64,000 bases of DNA from Heptranchias perlo (GCF_035084215.1 NC_090364.1:12152001-12216000); one strand, 5' to 3'; counted from the first letter of the stretch, positions 46,771 to 59,617 are shown. Program-made: numbers and translations. The notes: generated from the letters alone by a model not told the origin.

Positions 46771-47269
46771 ATTCAGATGATATGGGAATAACACCATTGC
46801 ATGTCTCACGCCAGTTCCCGGCCAGATGGTAATGATACCCATACAGAATGGGCATCCCAAAGTTGCGAGGGAAGCAGCTGCAGGAAGAACTTCACTTAAG
46901 GCTATTTCTGCACTGATTTCCTTAATTGTTTTGTTGTTTTTTCTGCTCCCACTAAGAGTTTCAGGAATTTTTGTGGTATTGCCTCGATGTTTCCTTCTCT
47001 CTCCCCCCCCCCCCCCGACAGCTCCATTAGTGCCACCAATGCAATTCCCAATGGGAATGCCCCACCTCGGCTTTTTGGAGGGTGAAGAGGAGGAGGAGGA
47101 AGATAATAGAAAGATACCAGGCAGGTCAGGCTGCTCCGAAGATGTTCTGTACCCTCCCACCTGCATCTGCAGAGGTGAACACACCTTGCTTTGGAAAAGG
47201 TTAAGTACATGTAGAGGCTTTGCAATAAAAGCAGATTACGTTACAGTGTAAAAATCAAACTGACAAGAA

Positions 47270-47600
47270 CAGATAATTAAATGGTTAAGATTGAAAATGG
47301 AGTAGAGGAGCAGGGGGACCTTGGTGTGTGGATACGCAGACCATTAAAAGTGGCAAGGCAAAGAGATAAGACCACAAAAAAGGCCAATGGAATTCTTGGC
47401 TTTGTATCTAGAGGCAAAGAATACAAAAGCAAGATTGTAATGTTGATCTTGTACAAAAACCTTGGTTAGGCTGAAGTTCGGTTATTGTATGCGGTTTTGG
47501 GAACCCCACTATAGGAATGATTTAAAAGCAGTGGAAAAGGTGCAGTGTAGATTCACTAGGATATTGGCAGGGATGAGAGGTTATGGCCATGAAGAGAGAG
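47270..47600 (+). mobile_element. Old CR1 RT remnant
   Basis: EQGDLGVWI...KKANGILGFVSRG.EYKS. Confidence 0.7.
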
Positions 47601-47969
47601 ACTGTGAGGTGCTTTGAGTCCCTTCAGAACAAACACCTCACAGGACTGCAAGTGGGCAGCAGGCTGCTCTTAGGAGGAAATCTCACCAGCAAGAACACAG
47701 TTCACAAGAAATTCTGACCAAACTTGGCATCATTTTGTGATTTAAAAAAAAAATATTCAATGACTCCTTCCTATTGAAAACGCAACATTGAGTCAAAAAC
47801 ACAAATGCCGAGCTGTAAAGCCCCGTGGAGGATTATCAGATCTGAGTCATTCACAAATCTGGCTTTTACTATTCTCAGACCATGATTAGCCCTCCCCCGC
47901 CCCGCCCCCACCCATCACCATGCTTTGGTGACAAATGACACTTCGCTGATGACCTGGGAGTAAACTCAT

Positions 47970-48295
47970 CAAGGCTCACAGACCGGCCTGTGCCGAGACT
48001 TCTGATCTCAGCCAGGACGCTACAGTTGGCCTCAGTACCCTTGGCCCGGCTAGTGGGGGGGGGGGGGGATTATATCTGCCAGGGTTCCTACCCACCGATC
48101 ACTATCCAGTGACCCCTGCTGGAAAGTACATGTATATGATGTCAGCTAAAGACAGACTGCATTCGGCCTTCATTTCTTCCACAGTCAAATAGCTTATTGG
48201 CACTCACTATTTAGGCTCAGACACGGAGAATGGTTCTTTTGGGCAGTGTGCTGGAGGAACAGGTGTCCATGTAACTGCACCCCAGCAAGAGGGAA
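47970..48295 (+). mobile_element. SINE family B (AmnSINE2-like)
   Basis: gatctcagccagg, gccagggttcc, atcactatccagtgacccctgctggaaag and cagtcaaatagc motifs recur at 49560, 49870-50160, 51780-51925 and 57760-58330. Confidence 0.6.
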
Positions 48296-49167
48296 AAAAA
48301 TTGTCAAGGGATGTCAGAATTGAACATTCTCCTCTTTGGTTATCCCAGTACTGAATAGCCCTGGGTCAGGCAGTGAGATGCAGAATATTATATTAGAGCT
48401 GTGGTATGGCTTCACTACACTGAACCAACAGCATTCCTCAGAGGAGCACCACTTGACAATTCCCCAAATTCCCAGCACGCCAATTATTCTTGTGTTTTCT
48501 GAATGAAGCTGGGTTCAGGCTGTTTTATGCATCAATTGAAAACTGCATTGGCACTCATTTTACAAAGAACCCTCACAGCAGCCAGACCGAAGGGACTCTC
48601 AACGCATTATTCTAGGCTGGAAATGAACCCAGACTCCAGAGGTGAAAGGGTGGCATTATGGTTCAGACCATGCCCAGTCATTGAGCAACATGTTTTACAA
48701 ATCATAATTTACAAGCTACACACGGTCACCTACTGTAGAATACATTGAGGTCATTTCACTAACTTATCAAATGACACCAACTTGAAAAGCTCCACACAAT
48801 GTATTAATTACTCACACCCCTGGAAACTGCTCCCCTCTCCCTTGCGCTTTGACAACCTAACAAAATCACCTCATCCTAAGATTCACATCTCCATCATAAT
48901 TTACAAAGTATAATCACAAACTCTGGTGGAGGATGGAAGGGCTCCCCATCGGGAGAAACAGAATTAATATGAAACATAATGCATGGGAAACAAAATCTCC
49001 TCAACACTTCTGCTAGAAGATATTCCTGTAGATGTTTAAAGGGGAAGAGCATTCTACTGACTTGCCCCGTGATCCCTGATGTTATAAAGACCTGTATGTT
49101 TACCAGTATCTCTCAGTCATTGCTCATTGCCCTGTTCTACACTTGACCATCCTGCGTTATTTTTAAA

Positions 49168-49550
49168 ATTAATTCTTAGGACATGGGCGTCACTGGCAAG
49201 GCTGGCATTTATTGCCCATCCCTTGTTGCCCCAAGAAGGTGGCGTTACAACTGAGTGGCTTGCTGGGCCACTTCAGACGGCAGTTAAGAGTCAACCACAT
49301 TGGTGTGGGGCTGGAGTCACATACAGGACCAGGCTGGATAAGGACGGCAGGTTTACTTCTCTGAAGGACATCAGTGCACTAGTTAGGTTTTTACGACAAT
49401 CCGACAGCTTCATGGTCACTGTTACTGATACCAGCTTTTTAATTCCAAATTTTTTAAAACTGAATTCAAATTCTCAAACTACTGTGGTGGGATTTGAACT
49501 CACAGTCCCTGGATTATTAGCCCAGTAACATAACCATTACACCACTATAC
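49168..49550 (-). mobile_element. tRNA-derived SINE (family C) with the tail of the 37985 LINE
   Basis: Minus-strand head tagtggtg..gagttcaaatccc and tail gggcaataaatgccagccttgccag. A partial plus-strand copy lies at 60870-61080. Confidence 0.75.
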
Positions 49551-50364
49551 CCATTCAATCCAATAATTCCTGCTGGAAAGTACTCATGTATGGACATTGG
49601 GTGAGTTCAGGCAGCCTCACTCTCCAGGTTCACACATGTAGAGGGGCTGTTTGGGTGAGATACAGCAGACCAGGTGGATCAATATCCCTGGACAAGTCAG
49701 TGCCTTCAGCAAGCGGCAAAGACTGGAAGGAAAGAAAAACACCATAAGGTGTGGGTGCAGGACACAATTATGTGTGCAGATAACAACCGTGAGAGCATTT
49801 AAGTAAAGGCAACACACCTCCTCTTAACTCCGAATTCTGGGCAATCACTGATGTGACTCTTGCTGAAAACTGATTACCAGATCAGGAAAGTCCCAGGCTT
49901 GATCCTCGGCCTACTCTGAGTTAGCTGACCTCATTCAGGCAGTGGTTTGGTGAGGTTCCAGCTCCAGACTGGAAGCGCTTGTGGGGTGGTGGGGGGGACA
50001 TTGGATGACAGAACAGGGCCCCCCCCCAATCGAGGTTGAATAGCTTCCCCCAACACTCGTCGTGTAATGATGGGTAATAGCCATTCGGAGCAAGAGGGCA
50101 ATCGTCTCCTGTGGAACCGTAACCCCGGGAAGGAGTCAAGGCCTGCAGGAGGAGGGGAGAGGAAAACTCTGGTTATTCACCCATTACGAAGAGTTGCATT
50201 TTGATTCGTGGGCGCGTGAAACTTCACCTCGCAGTTAGCACCACACTCATTGTACGGTTTTCCTCTCCTGTAACCTTTCTTACTTATGATAGAGATCTTA
50301 ATACAGGTTCGCACAGAGCAGGTGTCATTAGCATGTAACCACACATTAGCACTAACATACACTC

Positions 50365-50778
50365 ACAACACTCTCTTGCACACACAAAACCACTCTTGCA
50401 CACACGTGCACATGCACAACCACACTCTTGCACGCACGAGCACACACACCACTCTTGCACGTGCAGACACAAAACCACTCTTGCATGCACGTGGACACAC
50501 ACCACTCTTGCACGCACGTGCACATACCACTCTTGCACGCACGTGCACACACAACTACACTCTTGCACGCACGTGCACACACAACTACACTCTTGCACGC
50601 ACGTGCACACACTACACTCTTGCACGCACGTGCACACACAACTACTCTTGTACGCACATGCACACACACCATGCTTGCACTCACATGCCCACACACTACC
50701 ACTTTCTTGCACGCACATGCACAACCACACTTGCACACACACACACAAACACAAAACTCTGTCTTGCACACGCACGTT
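50365..50778. repeat. CA-rich degenerate minisatellite (CACTCTTGCACGCACGTGCACAC-type)
   Basis: Repeated cactcttgcac cores. Source of the Cys/His-rich spurious ORFs. Confidence 0.9.
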
Positions 50779-51307
50779 TTCCTAGTTGACTCCCCTGCCT
50801 CTCGAAGGTGCTGAGATATAGCTACATTGCCTTTGGCACGAGACATCCAATCTTCTCTTCACCCAACATCCACATATGCAAACTTTCCAACAGGGATCCC
50901 TGAGTGGCAATCAGGAGCAGGAGCCTGGAGTCAATTTTCCCTTTCTGAATCCACGGGTGCTGAGCAGAAATGTAGGACCGTAACTGCTGCCCCAACACAC
51001 ACTGGGAACTGAATCCAGGTCCTGCTGGTCTGTATGGGTAAGTGCTACATTGGGAAAATATGGTGCTTTTATTATCTTCATTGAGCCTGGCACTAAATCT
51101 TCACCTCTATCCTGAGGTCATTCTGCCTGACAGCATTTGTGAATGAGGAATGAAGAATGTGTGCTCTCCAGGGGACCAGGGAGTATATACAGTAGTCGGT
51201 GTGGTATTGTGAGCAGGAAACTTTCATCCTACGTCTGTACTAAGATGGCTCCTCTCATTCAGAGTGGCAGTAGAGACACTGCAATAGCCTGAGTGCCCCT
51301 AGGCTGT

Positions 51308-51765
51308 GAACATAGGAACAGGAGCAGGCCATTCAGCCCCTTGAGCCTGCTCCACCATTCAATTAGATCATGATTGATCTGTGCCTCAACTCCATTTACC
51401 TGCCTTCGAGCCATGTCCTTTGATACCCTTACCGATTAAAAATCGATCTGAGTCTTGAAAGCTCCAACTGGCCCAGCATCCACAGCCTTTTGGGGGAACG
51501 AGTTCCAGATTTCTACCGCCCTTTGTGTGAAAATGTGCTTCCTGATTTCACTTCTGAACAGCCTAGCTCTAATCTGAAAATTATGCCCCCTTGTTCTGGG
51601 TTCCCCACCAGAGGAAATAGCTTCCCTGTATCTACCTTATCGAATCCTTTTAACATTTTAAGCACCTCGATCAGATCACCCCTCAAACTTCTAAACTCAA
51701 GGGAATACAAGCCAAGTTTACGCAATCTGTCCTCATAATTTAACCCTTTAAGCCCCGGTATCATT
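51308..51765 (-). mobile_element. CR1 3' fragment
   Basis: IPGLKGLNYEDRL..LGLYSLEFR.LRGDLIEV and tail aacataggaacagg. Confidence 0.85.
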
Positions 51766-52747
51766 TTGGACGGCCCCCTGTTCATAATCACTATCCAGTG
51801 ACCATCGCTGGGAAGTCAGTGTGTGTGCTGACTTCAGGCAAAATGAGGAGGGGGGTCGGCTGTGTTTCCCCATCTCCCCCCTGCCACTCGCCCCCGACAA
51901 GGATCAAATAGCCTGTTGACCCTCACAGTCCAGAACAATGAGCCGCACAAACCAGACAGGTCCCAGGTCCATTCCCAAGTCTTGTGCTGAGTTTGCTGCT
52001 CTCCAGCACAGACCAGAGAGCCAAGCGATCAACAACAGGGGGGGGTTCTGCGATGGGCTTCGGTTCTATTTTAAAAAACACACCAAATGAGGCCCTGTGT
52101 AAACTTTGTTGCAAACTCCATTTGGTAGTAGAAATAGCATCTGTTGTGGGACTGGTACAGAGCCAGACTCAGCCTTCCTGAAAGGAAATATGCCAGGGCT
52201 TGAAGGACTTCCGGAGGAGCCTGCAAGAAAGCAGATTTGCTGAGGCCACACGAGCGAGTGTGGGAAAAATCTTCTGTGCTTGCGCCATTGCTATCTCACC
52301 GATAGTTCCAGTAAATCCACTGGTGAATGGTTACTGATTGACTTTTCATTAACCAGGTAATCTCCCAATCTCTCCTCTCAGCCAAGAGTTACGCCACTCT
52401 CTCCGTAACACAGACACAGAATGTGGGAAATGAGGTACACAGAACAAAGACGACACAGTGTCTTTTGATAAGAAAGGCAACACTGGGAACTTCTGTCCTT
52501 GTACCTAAGGGACACAGGGGTGATGCTTTAGTCTTGACCGAGTTGTGTTTTTTCACCAGGGGCGGCTGCCAGGTTAGAAAGATTGTGAGACATGTCACCT
52601 GCGAGGCAGAGCTCCCATCCGAACACCTAACACTCGTACTGAGTCAGTCTGTGCGCTTTTTTAAATGCAGACTTTAATCTTTTTAAAACAGACAAACTAA
52701 CATCAGTGTTAAAGAAGCACAGAGGGACTTTGTATCAGTGCGTCACA

Positions 52748-53140
52748 GAAGAACTTTCATTTATATAGCAACTTTCACATCCTCAGAATATCCCAAAGCA
52801 TTTTACAGCCAATTAAGTACTTTTGAACTGCAGAGTTTGTGGTAATGAAGGTAAGCATTGCAGCCAATTTATGCACAGCAAGATCCCACAAGCAGCAATG
52901 AGATCATTTCCAGTTAATCTGTTTTACTGGGATAAATGATGGCCAGGACACCAGGAGAACTCCTTGCTCTTCTTCAAATTGCAGCTTGGGACCTTTTACA
53001 TTCAACTGAATAAGCAGACGGTTTAACGTTCCACCTGAATGCAGCACTCCCTCAGTATGGCACTTAAGTGTCAGCTTAGAACAGGTGCTCAGGAGCTGCA
53101 GTGGGGTTTGAACCCACAACCCTCTGACTGAGAGATGAGA
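52748..53140 (-). mobile_element. SacSINE1-like SINE
   Basis: Tail, Deu core and B box (gggttcaaacc on minus). Confidence 0.8.
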
Positions 53141-54559
53141 CAAACTGGCAATTAAGCGTTCACACCGGAACAGGGCCAGTCGGAAGATCTACTCCAGCAC
53201 CGTTTTGGGGCTATGCGTCAAACACATCCCACCGTGACACTTTTTTTTTTAAACAGTTCATTGTCTCTCCAAGTAGCTGGTGAAGTTACCTATTCAAGTA
53301 GGAGTGAGCGAGTTAGGGCTGCGGTGTGAGTCCCACTCACACTACTGAGTGGATTCCACAACACCAGCACCAACAGAAAGGCAAATACACATCCGCAGCA
53401 CTTTGAAGGTCACAACTGCAGCTTGACTTTCTGGGTGTCCGACTGTCGCCAATGCCCAGGATGGGTTCATACAGAGCCCTGTGAAACTCTGTCCCCACAG
53501 CTAGGAAATGGCAGCACTGTCCTCGCTGTGCAGCCTCCAAAGGAGCAGCCAAACTCCATCTCAAAGTGGCTCTCCGCTCTCCTGCCTCATTCACATTGCA
53601 GCTCTACCCTTTAAGAGACACCTAGTTCACTCTCCAACCCTTCTCTGGCAGAAGTCACGCACAAAATCGATGTTCTGCAAACTGCAACAGTGCACGTCTG
53701 AATTCCAGGGACTCAAGACCAGAAGGCAGCTTCAGAGTTCGGCCTATTCTTAGAATTAATTGAAGCTGCAAGTTTTTTTTTTGTGGGGGTAATTTTGGTT
53801 GGAGCCACTGCTGTTAGGCTCACATGGTTACAGTTTTGTGCTGTGGCCTCACACCCATTCATATTTAGTCTGAGTCAGCCTGATGCTGTTTTACAGAGAC
53901 AATCCTTCTTACCCCTTTGAAGCCCCCATAACTTGGCACCAAATCCGGGCTCTCGTGGACGTATCCTTTAATTTGGGACTTTATGTTTTGCACAATTACC
54001 AACAATCTGGGGTCAAATTTCCGCTGTCTTTAGATGTACTTCATTCCACGTATGACACTGTTTGTGGTGTATTACTGTTTGAACTACAGGGGCAGAAAAA
54101 CAAAGCTAGCCACGCACGAAGAGGTTGTGGCTTTCGTTGGCGAATGGAGCCGCAGACATCAAAGGTCAGAGAGCCACCTCTCAATCTGGAGCTCAGAGTT
54201 ACAAGGACAACAATCAAACACAACATGACCATCCAGAATCAATCTTCACTCCTTCCCTTTCCCTCTCCTCCCCCCCCCCCCCCCATTTCACGTTTAACCC
54301 ATGTTCCCAGAGATAAAGGACTTGGCTCTAACACCTTGATGCTTAAGCTTCTGATGTGCCCCCCTCCATAACCAGTACTTTAACCCTCCACCCACCGTCC
54401 TCTACAATGGTTTTCCCGGCCCCCTAAATATAGTATGAACTCAGTGACAGACTCTAACCCAACAAACCCAGTGTCTCTAATAAGACAGTGCGACATAAGT
54501 GCGACAGTGTTTCCAAACTGCCTCGTTTTCATTAACAACTGAAGGGCCCTGCCACGAGC

Positions 54560-55010
54560 CTGGCTCTCACCTCAAAGTTAGAAGACTGTGGCTGTGGGTT
54601 CCAATCCCACTGCAGGACTTGGGCACATATTACCGAGAGATTTTCCACCGAGGCGCTCCAGTATCTGTCACCGTAACTTCGCCGGGAGTGCAGCGGAAAC
54701 CCCCATTGGCAATCGTAAATTTCCCACTGCACTCCCGGCGAAGTTATGGCTTTGGTCCGAGCAAATTCCTGGCCGTACTCTAGGCTGGCGTTTGAGTGCA
54801 GTACTCAGGCTGCATTGGCAGAGGTGCCACCCTTTGGATGAAGCTACAGTCCAAATCTGCCTGTTCCTGTTAATGATAAAGGTCCCAGGGCACTGGTTGG
54901 AGAGCAGGGAGTCGTCCCAGTGCCCTGGACAATACTTCTCCCTCAACCAACACCATAGTAACACATCATCCACTTCATTACTGTTTATGGGCTGCTGTGT
55001 TGCCTACATA
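54560..55010 (+). mobile_element. Decayed SacSINE1-like SINE containing a hairpin MITE at about 54632-54775
   Basis: Head ggttccaatccc. Inserted arms taacttcgccgggagtgcag / ctgcactcccggcgaagtta. Confidence 0.65.
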
Positions 55011-55015
55011 AGAAT

Positions 55016-55190
55016 GTAAGGAATCTTACAACACCAGGTTATAGTCCAACAATTTTATTTTAAAATCCCTTCGTCAGGTGATAATCTCCGAAAGCTTGTG
55101 ATTTTAAAATAAAATTGTTGGACTATAACCTGGTGTTGTAAGATTCCTTACATTTGTCCACCCCAGTCCATCACCGGCATCTCCATATCA
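55016..55190. mobile_element. Penelope-like inverted pLTR with central deletion
   Basis: Same arms and tail as 10971-11184, flanked by tacataagaatg at 55005 and 55191. Confidence 0.8.
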
Positions 55191-55249
55191 TACATAAGAA
55201 TGGTCACTGCAATTTTTTTCAAACAAAGTTATTCATTGTTTGAAACACT

Positions 55250-55605
55250 ATGAGATGTTTTGATACAGTAAATAAGGAGAAACTGTTTCCATTGGCAGGA
55301 GGATCAGTAACCAGAGGAACACAGATTTAAGATATTTGCAAAAGAGCCAGAGGGGAGAGATGAGGAGACGTTTATTTACGCAGCGAGTTGTTATGATCTG
55401 GAATGCGCTGCCTGAAAGGGTGGTGGAAGCAGATTCAATAATAACTTTCAAAAGGGAATTGGATAAATACTTGAAGGGAAAAAATTTGCATGGCTGTGGG
55501 GAAAGAGCAGGGGAGCGGGACTAATTGGATAGCTCTTTCAGAGAGCCAGCACAGGCATGATGGGCCGAATGGCCTCCTTCTGTGCTGTCTGATTCTGTGA
55601 TCCTA
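55250..55605 (+). mobile_element. CR1 3' fragment
   Basis: LFTQRVVMIWNALPERVVEADS and 3' UTR. Confidence 0.85.
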
Positions 55606-55631
55606 TGTTTTGACAAGACATAAAGGCAAAT

Positions 55632-55803
55632 ATAGGGGTAGAAAATTGTCTCGCGCTGAGTGGGCGATATCGCATCGGGCCGTCTGTTATACTGTTGCCC
55701 CCCCCTCCCCATCCTGATATTGAGGTCATTGGAACTGAATTTTGGGGAGGGCGGAGAACGGGTGGCCGATGCACTATTGCCCAAGACGAATTTCTACCCT
55801 ATA
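55632..55803. mobile_element. MITE with GGGTAGAAA-type TIRs (possibly PIF/Harbinger)
   Basis: tataggggtagaaa ... tttctaccctata, plus inner tgggc.ata..gcatcgg / ccgatgcactattgccca. Confidence 0.65.
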
Positions 55804-56399
55804 GGGGCTGAGCTGGACGAGGGAGATTACTTTTACACAATTGGAGACAGTTCGTTCCTTTCCCCCACCTCAAAGTTTGGGGTATGAGGCTAGCCCAACA
55901 AAAAAAAAACGAACCTTAGCTGGGGTGAATGCTGAGCATTAGTGGGTGGACGCTGAGAGGCACTGACCATCCATGGACATAAGTTCAAGTCCTGCTCCAT
56001 TTAGCTCTCAATCAGAGCTATGTGGAATGGGGAGGCACTGAGACGAGGCTCAAACACCTCTGAACAGGGAGGGAGGGAGGGGAACAAATCATTGTATAAA
56101 TCAGCACCTTCAAGGGAGGAGGGGCGAAGGTCCAGGAGGGAGAGGGCAGAGTAGAGCTATCGTTAACAGTATTTTCCGCATGAAAACATCTCGTTTAAAA
56201 ACAGCTTGTTCCCTTAGATTGATTCCACTTGATTTAGCAACAACGGGAATTCCTGCTACTATCGGGAATTGTTCTCATCAACTTCTTCTCTTGGCCAAAA
56301 AAAAAAGGTTTTCTCATAAACAGGAGTGAACTTAATTTTCTTAGAAATATATTGTGTAAGTGTCGTACTAGTTTAAAATTGACAAACTAAAGCTTAGTA

Positions 56400-56875
56400 T
56401 ATTTTGACGGGTTTGCCGGCGTACTTTTGGCGGGTCCGCTGGCGTGCTTTTGGCGGGTCCGCTGGTGTGCTTTTGGCGGGTCTGCCGGCGTGCTTTTGGC
56501 GGGTCCGCTGGTGTGCTTTTGGCGGGTCTGCCGGCGTGCTTTTGGCGGGTCCGCTGGTGTGCTTTTGGCGGGTCTGCCGGCGTGCTTTTGGCGGGTCCGC
56601 TGGTGTGCTTTTGACGGGTTTGCCGGCGTACTTTTGGCGGGTCCGCTGGTGTGCTTTTGGCGGGTCTGCCGGCGTGCTTTTGGCGGGTCCGCTGGTGTGC
56701 TTTTGACGGGTTTGCCGGCGTACTTTTGGCGGGTCCGCTGGTGTGCTTTTGGCGGGTCCGCTGGTGTGCTTTTGGCGGGTCCGCTGGTGTGCTTTTGGCG
56801 GGTTCGCCGGCGTGCGTTCGGCGGGTTCGCTGGTGTATTTTTGGCAGCTTCACTGCTGTTTTTTGGCAGGTTACT
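56400..56875. repeat. 23-bp GC-rich minisatellite (CTTTTGGCGGGTCCGCTGGTGTG)n, about 20 copies
   Basis: tttt recurs at 56471 and 56494. Explains the ORFs at 56368-57016. Confidence 0.95.
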
Positions 56876-57961
56876 GGAGTGTATTATGACTGACTCAATT
56901 AGATGCTGTAAAATGGCAGCCCTGTGTCTGTTACAGAAACGCGGCTTACTCCTTGAATTAAATACATGAGCTAATCCACTGTGGTGTTGCTCACATATAG
57001 CCTGGGTCTGGAGCACTGTTTGGATGTTCAGCTGGTAAGATTGATCTGTATTTAACGTTGTCTGTCCCTTTAAGGTCAGTGCTCCAGTCCTCCCTGAGGA
57101 GAACTGGTCTGAATAGGCACATCTTATTGGTAGGTAATTGGGGAGGGGTAATTGGGGAGAGAAGTTTTTGTAGATTGGGCAGCTGTGTGTAAATCCAGTG
57201 AGGCAAGGTTACCCAGTGCAGAAAAAAACAGCAAGAAATGACTGGCTTTCTTTCTCTTTTCTTTTAATATTTTTGACACTTTGAAATGTTATAGATACTG
57301 CCGGACGAAAGGCAGATCACCTGTAGCCTTGCTCAAGGTAGTCTGGGTCTGGAGCAGAGTTGTGATGTGTAGCTGCTAAGATGGATCTGTCCCTTTAAGG
57401 CCATTGCTGAAATATTCCCTCTGGCGTAGTGGTTTAAATAGAAGAAAAACAGACAATGTTAGCTGCTTATAAACTGAGGTTAGATGGCCGGTTGTAGACA
57501 CTCGTAAATTTCTGGCTGCAGGTCAAAAGTTGGCTCTCTTTTAGCTTTAGATATTTTCACTTCTACTTGTCTTTCTACACTCACAAAGAAGTCATGTAAA
57601 CTGGGCTCAAATATACCAAGAAAAAAACTTTTCCACCTATAAGCTAAAAAACTATTGCCATTGTGAGTGAATGCAGTGAGTGCGGAGAGGGAACGATTTG
57701 GAGGGATTTTGGTGAATTCTATATGTAATGCACCAATGGTGAACTTACGGCATGTGCAACATTGAGTCATCTGAACCAGAAGGTCCCAGGTTTGACCTCT
57801 GGCTGTTGCTGAGGTAACTAATCACATGTGAGGCAGTCAAAGGGAGGGACTTGACAGATATCTGTGTCTTTAGATATCTGGAAGGAAATCATAACCCACC
57901 CATGGGGTCCTTACTCCTGATTGCTATCCAGTGAAACTGCCTATGTACAGACATATTACAT

Positions 57962-58220
57962 TCATAGAATTTACAGCACAGATACAGGCCATTCGGCCCA
58001 ACGACCGGTATTTATACTCCACACGAGCCTCCTCCCTCCCTACTTCATCTAACCCTATCAGCATATCCTTCTATTCCTTTCTCCCTCATATGTTTATCTA
58101 ACTTCCTCTTAAATGCATCTATGCTATTCACTGCAACTATTCCATGTGGTAGCAACTTCCACATTCTAAGCACTCTCTGGGTAAAGAAGTTTCTCCCGAA
58201 TTCCTTATTGGATTTATTTA
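57962..58220 (-). mobile_element. CR1 3' end inserted in a SINE family B copy
   Basis: Reverse complement of 17520-17780. SINE halves lie at 57760-57950 and 58225-58330. Confidence 0.8.
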
Positions 58221-59224
58221 TTTGGAGAAGAGAGGATCAGCTGCGTCGTTCCCCCTCCCACAGTCAAATAGCTGACATCAACTCAGTGCCGAGGCCCAGA
58301 CGTGGAAAACTCAAAAGGAGGCTCCAGAACGTAACTTGACTTACCGCCTCAGGGGTGAAATGGCAAGGGAGTACATTAAATAAATACATTTCTGCCTCAT
58401 TTACAGAAACATTCCTTTAGGTATTTACTTCAAGGAAATCAAGTTGTGAAAATTAGGGCTGTCAAGCTATTTTTAAAAATAAACATTTCATTAAACTTGC
58501 AATTAAAGATTTTAATCTCAGTTAATCTCGGTTATAATTGCATATTTAATTTATACAATTATAGTATTCATTTCAAGTTTGTTTTATTACTGATATTATT
58601 ATCCAAAAAACAGCATAAAAACCCTGACAAATTTTGTCTGTTTTCAGCTCACTTGCTGTGAGAAATCGTTCAAAAAATCCACTTGTACATCAGGAATAAA
58701 TTTATCATAATTACAAAAACTAAAGTAAAACAATTTTAAGAAAATATAAAAAATAATCACTTTATCTGTTGTCTCTTTTTGTCCTTCTCATTCCCTCTTC
58801 AATCTTAAATTGAATGTTCCTCTTCTCTCAAATATTGCTTTATTCTAACTATTTCTCCCTCTCAATTTCTAAAGTTAAATAGCTTTCACTAGCCTTTGTT
58901 CTTTAAGCATACTGCTGCCACTATCTGTTTTGGAGGTGGGAGGGGAGCAAGATTCTTTTTAAAACAAAAGGGTAAAAACCAGCTTCCTCACATTCTGAAG
59001 ATCGACAACTTTGGTATCAACATCACCAGGTCAATCTTTAACACTACGATGCTTCTCCTCGACTGATAGTCCTACTGACAAAACATTTACTCATCACTTG
59101 TGCCCACAGTTTGATAGCGCCTAAATGCTTAATAGAGTGAGCTTCCTGCCTCAACCTAAATAAAGGCCTCCATCATTGCGGGTCCTTCTCCTCTCTGGTC
59201 CAAGCAACAGCCAATTGAGTCAAA

Positions 59225-59492
59225 TAATACACCGATACAGGTGTATTACAAACCGTAATTCACCAATACAGGTGTATCACAAACTGTAGTTCACCGATAC
59301 AGATGTCTACAAACTATAATTCACTGATACAGGTGTATTACAAACCGTAATTCATCGATACAAGTGCATCACAAACTGTAATTCACCGATACAGGTGTAT
59401 TACAAACTATAATTCACTGATACAGGTGTATTACAAACTGTAATTCACCGATACAGGTGTATCACAAACTGTAATACATTGATGCAACTGTA
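59225..59492. repeat. 31-bp minisatellite (AATTCACCGATACAGGTGTATTACAAACTGT)n, about 8.5 copies
   Basis: acc.atac recurs at 59231, 59262 and 59293. Confidence 0.92.
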
Positions 59493-59617
59493 TTAAAACC
59501 TTGAAAACTGCTGTGTGTGCAATTAGAGGGGACTGGGTGAAAGGAAACTCTTTTTCCTGTCTCATTCTGTAGGACTAATGTGTGCCTCAGAGTGAGCTCT
59601 TAACATTATATAAAATT

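Noticed and set aside
50284-50846. Cys-rich (metallothionein or keratin-associated-like) and His-rich ORFs
   Set aside because: Products of a CA/TG-rich minisatellite that is open in many frames.
53337-53620. Candidate far-upstream minus-strand exon (agt|gtgagt donor near 53340, GAS at 53747)
   Set aside because: The donor context is weak and nothing in the sequence links it to SOCS1 25 kb away; RNA data are needed.
6117-56346. STAT GAS motifs TTCNNNGAA at 6117, 7519, 9498, 22533, 27705, 53747 and 56338
   Set aside because: About 15 are expected by chance in 64 kb. I saw no perfect GAS or ISRE next to the candidate SOCS1 first exons.
56368-57016. Histone H1-like PAKSTPADPPK ORFs
   Set aside because: Translations of the 23-bp minisatellite.
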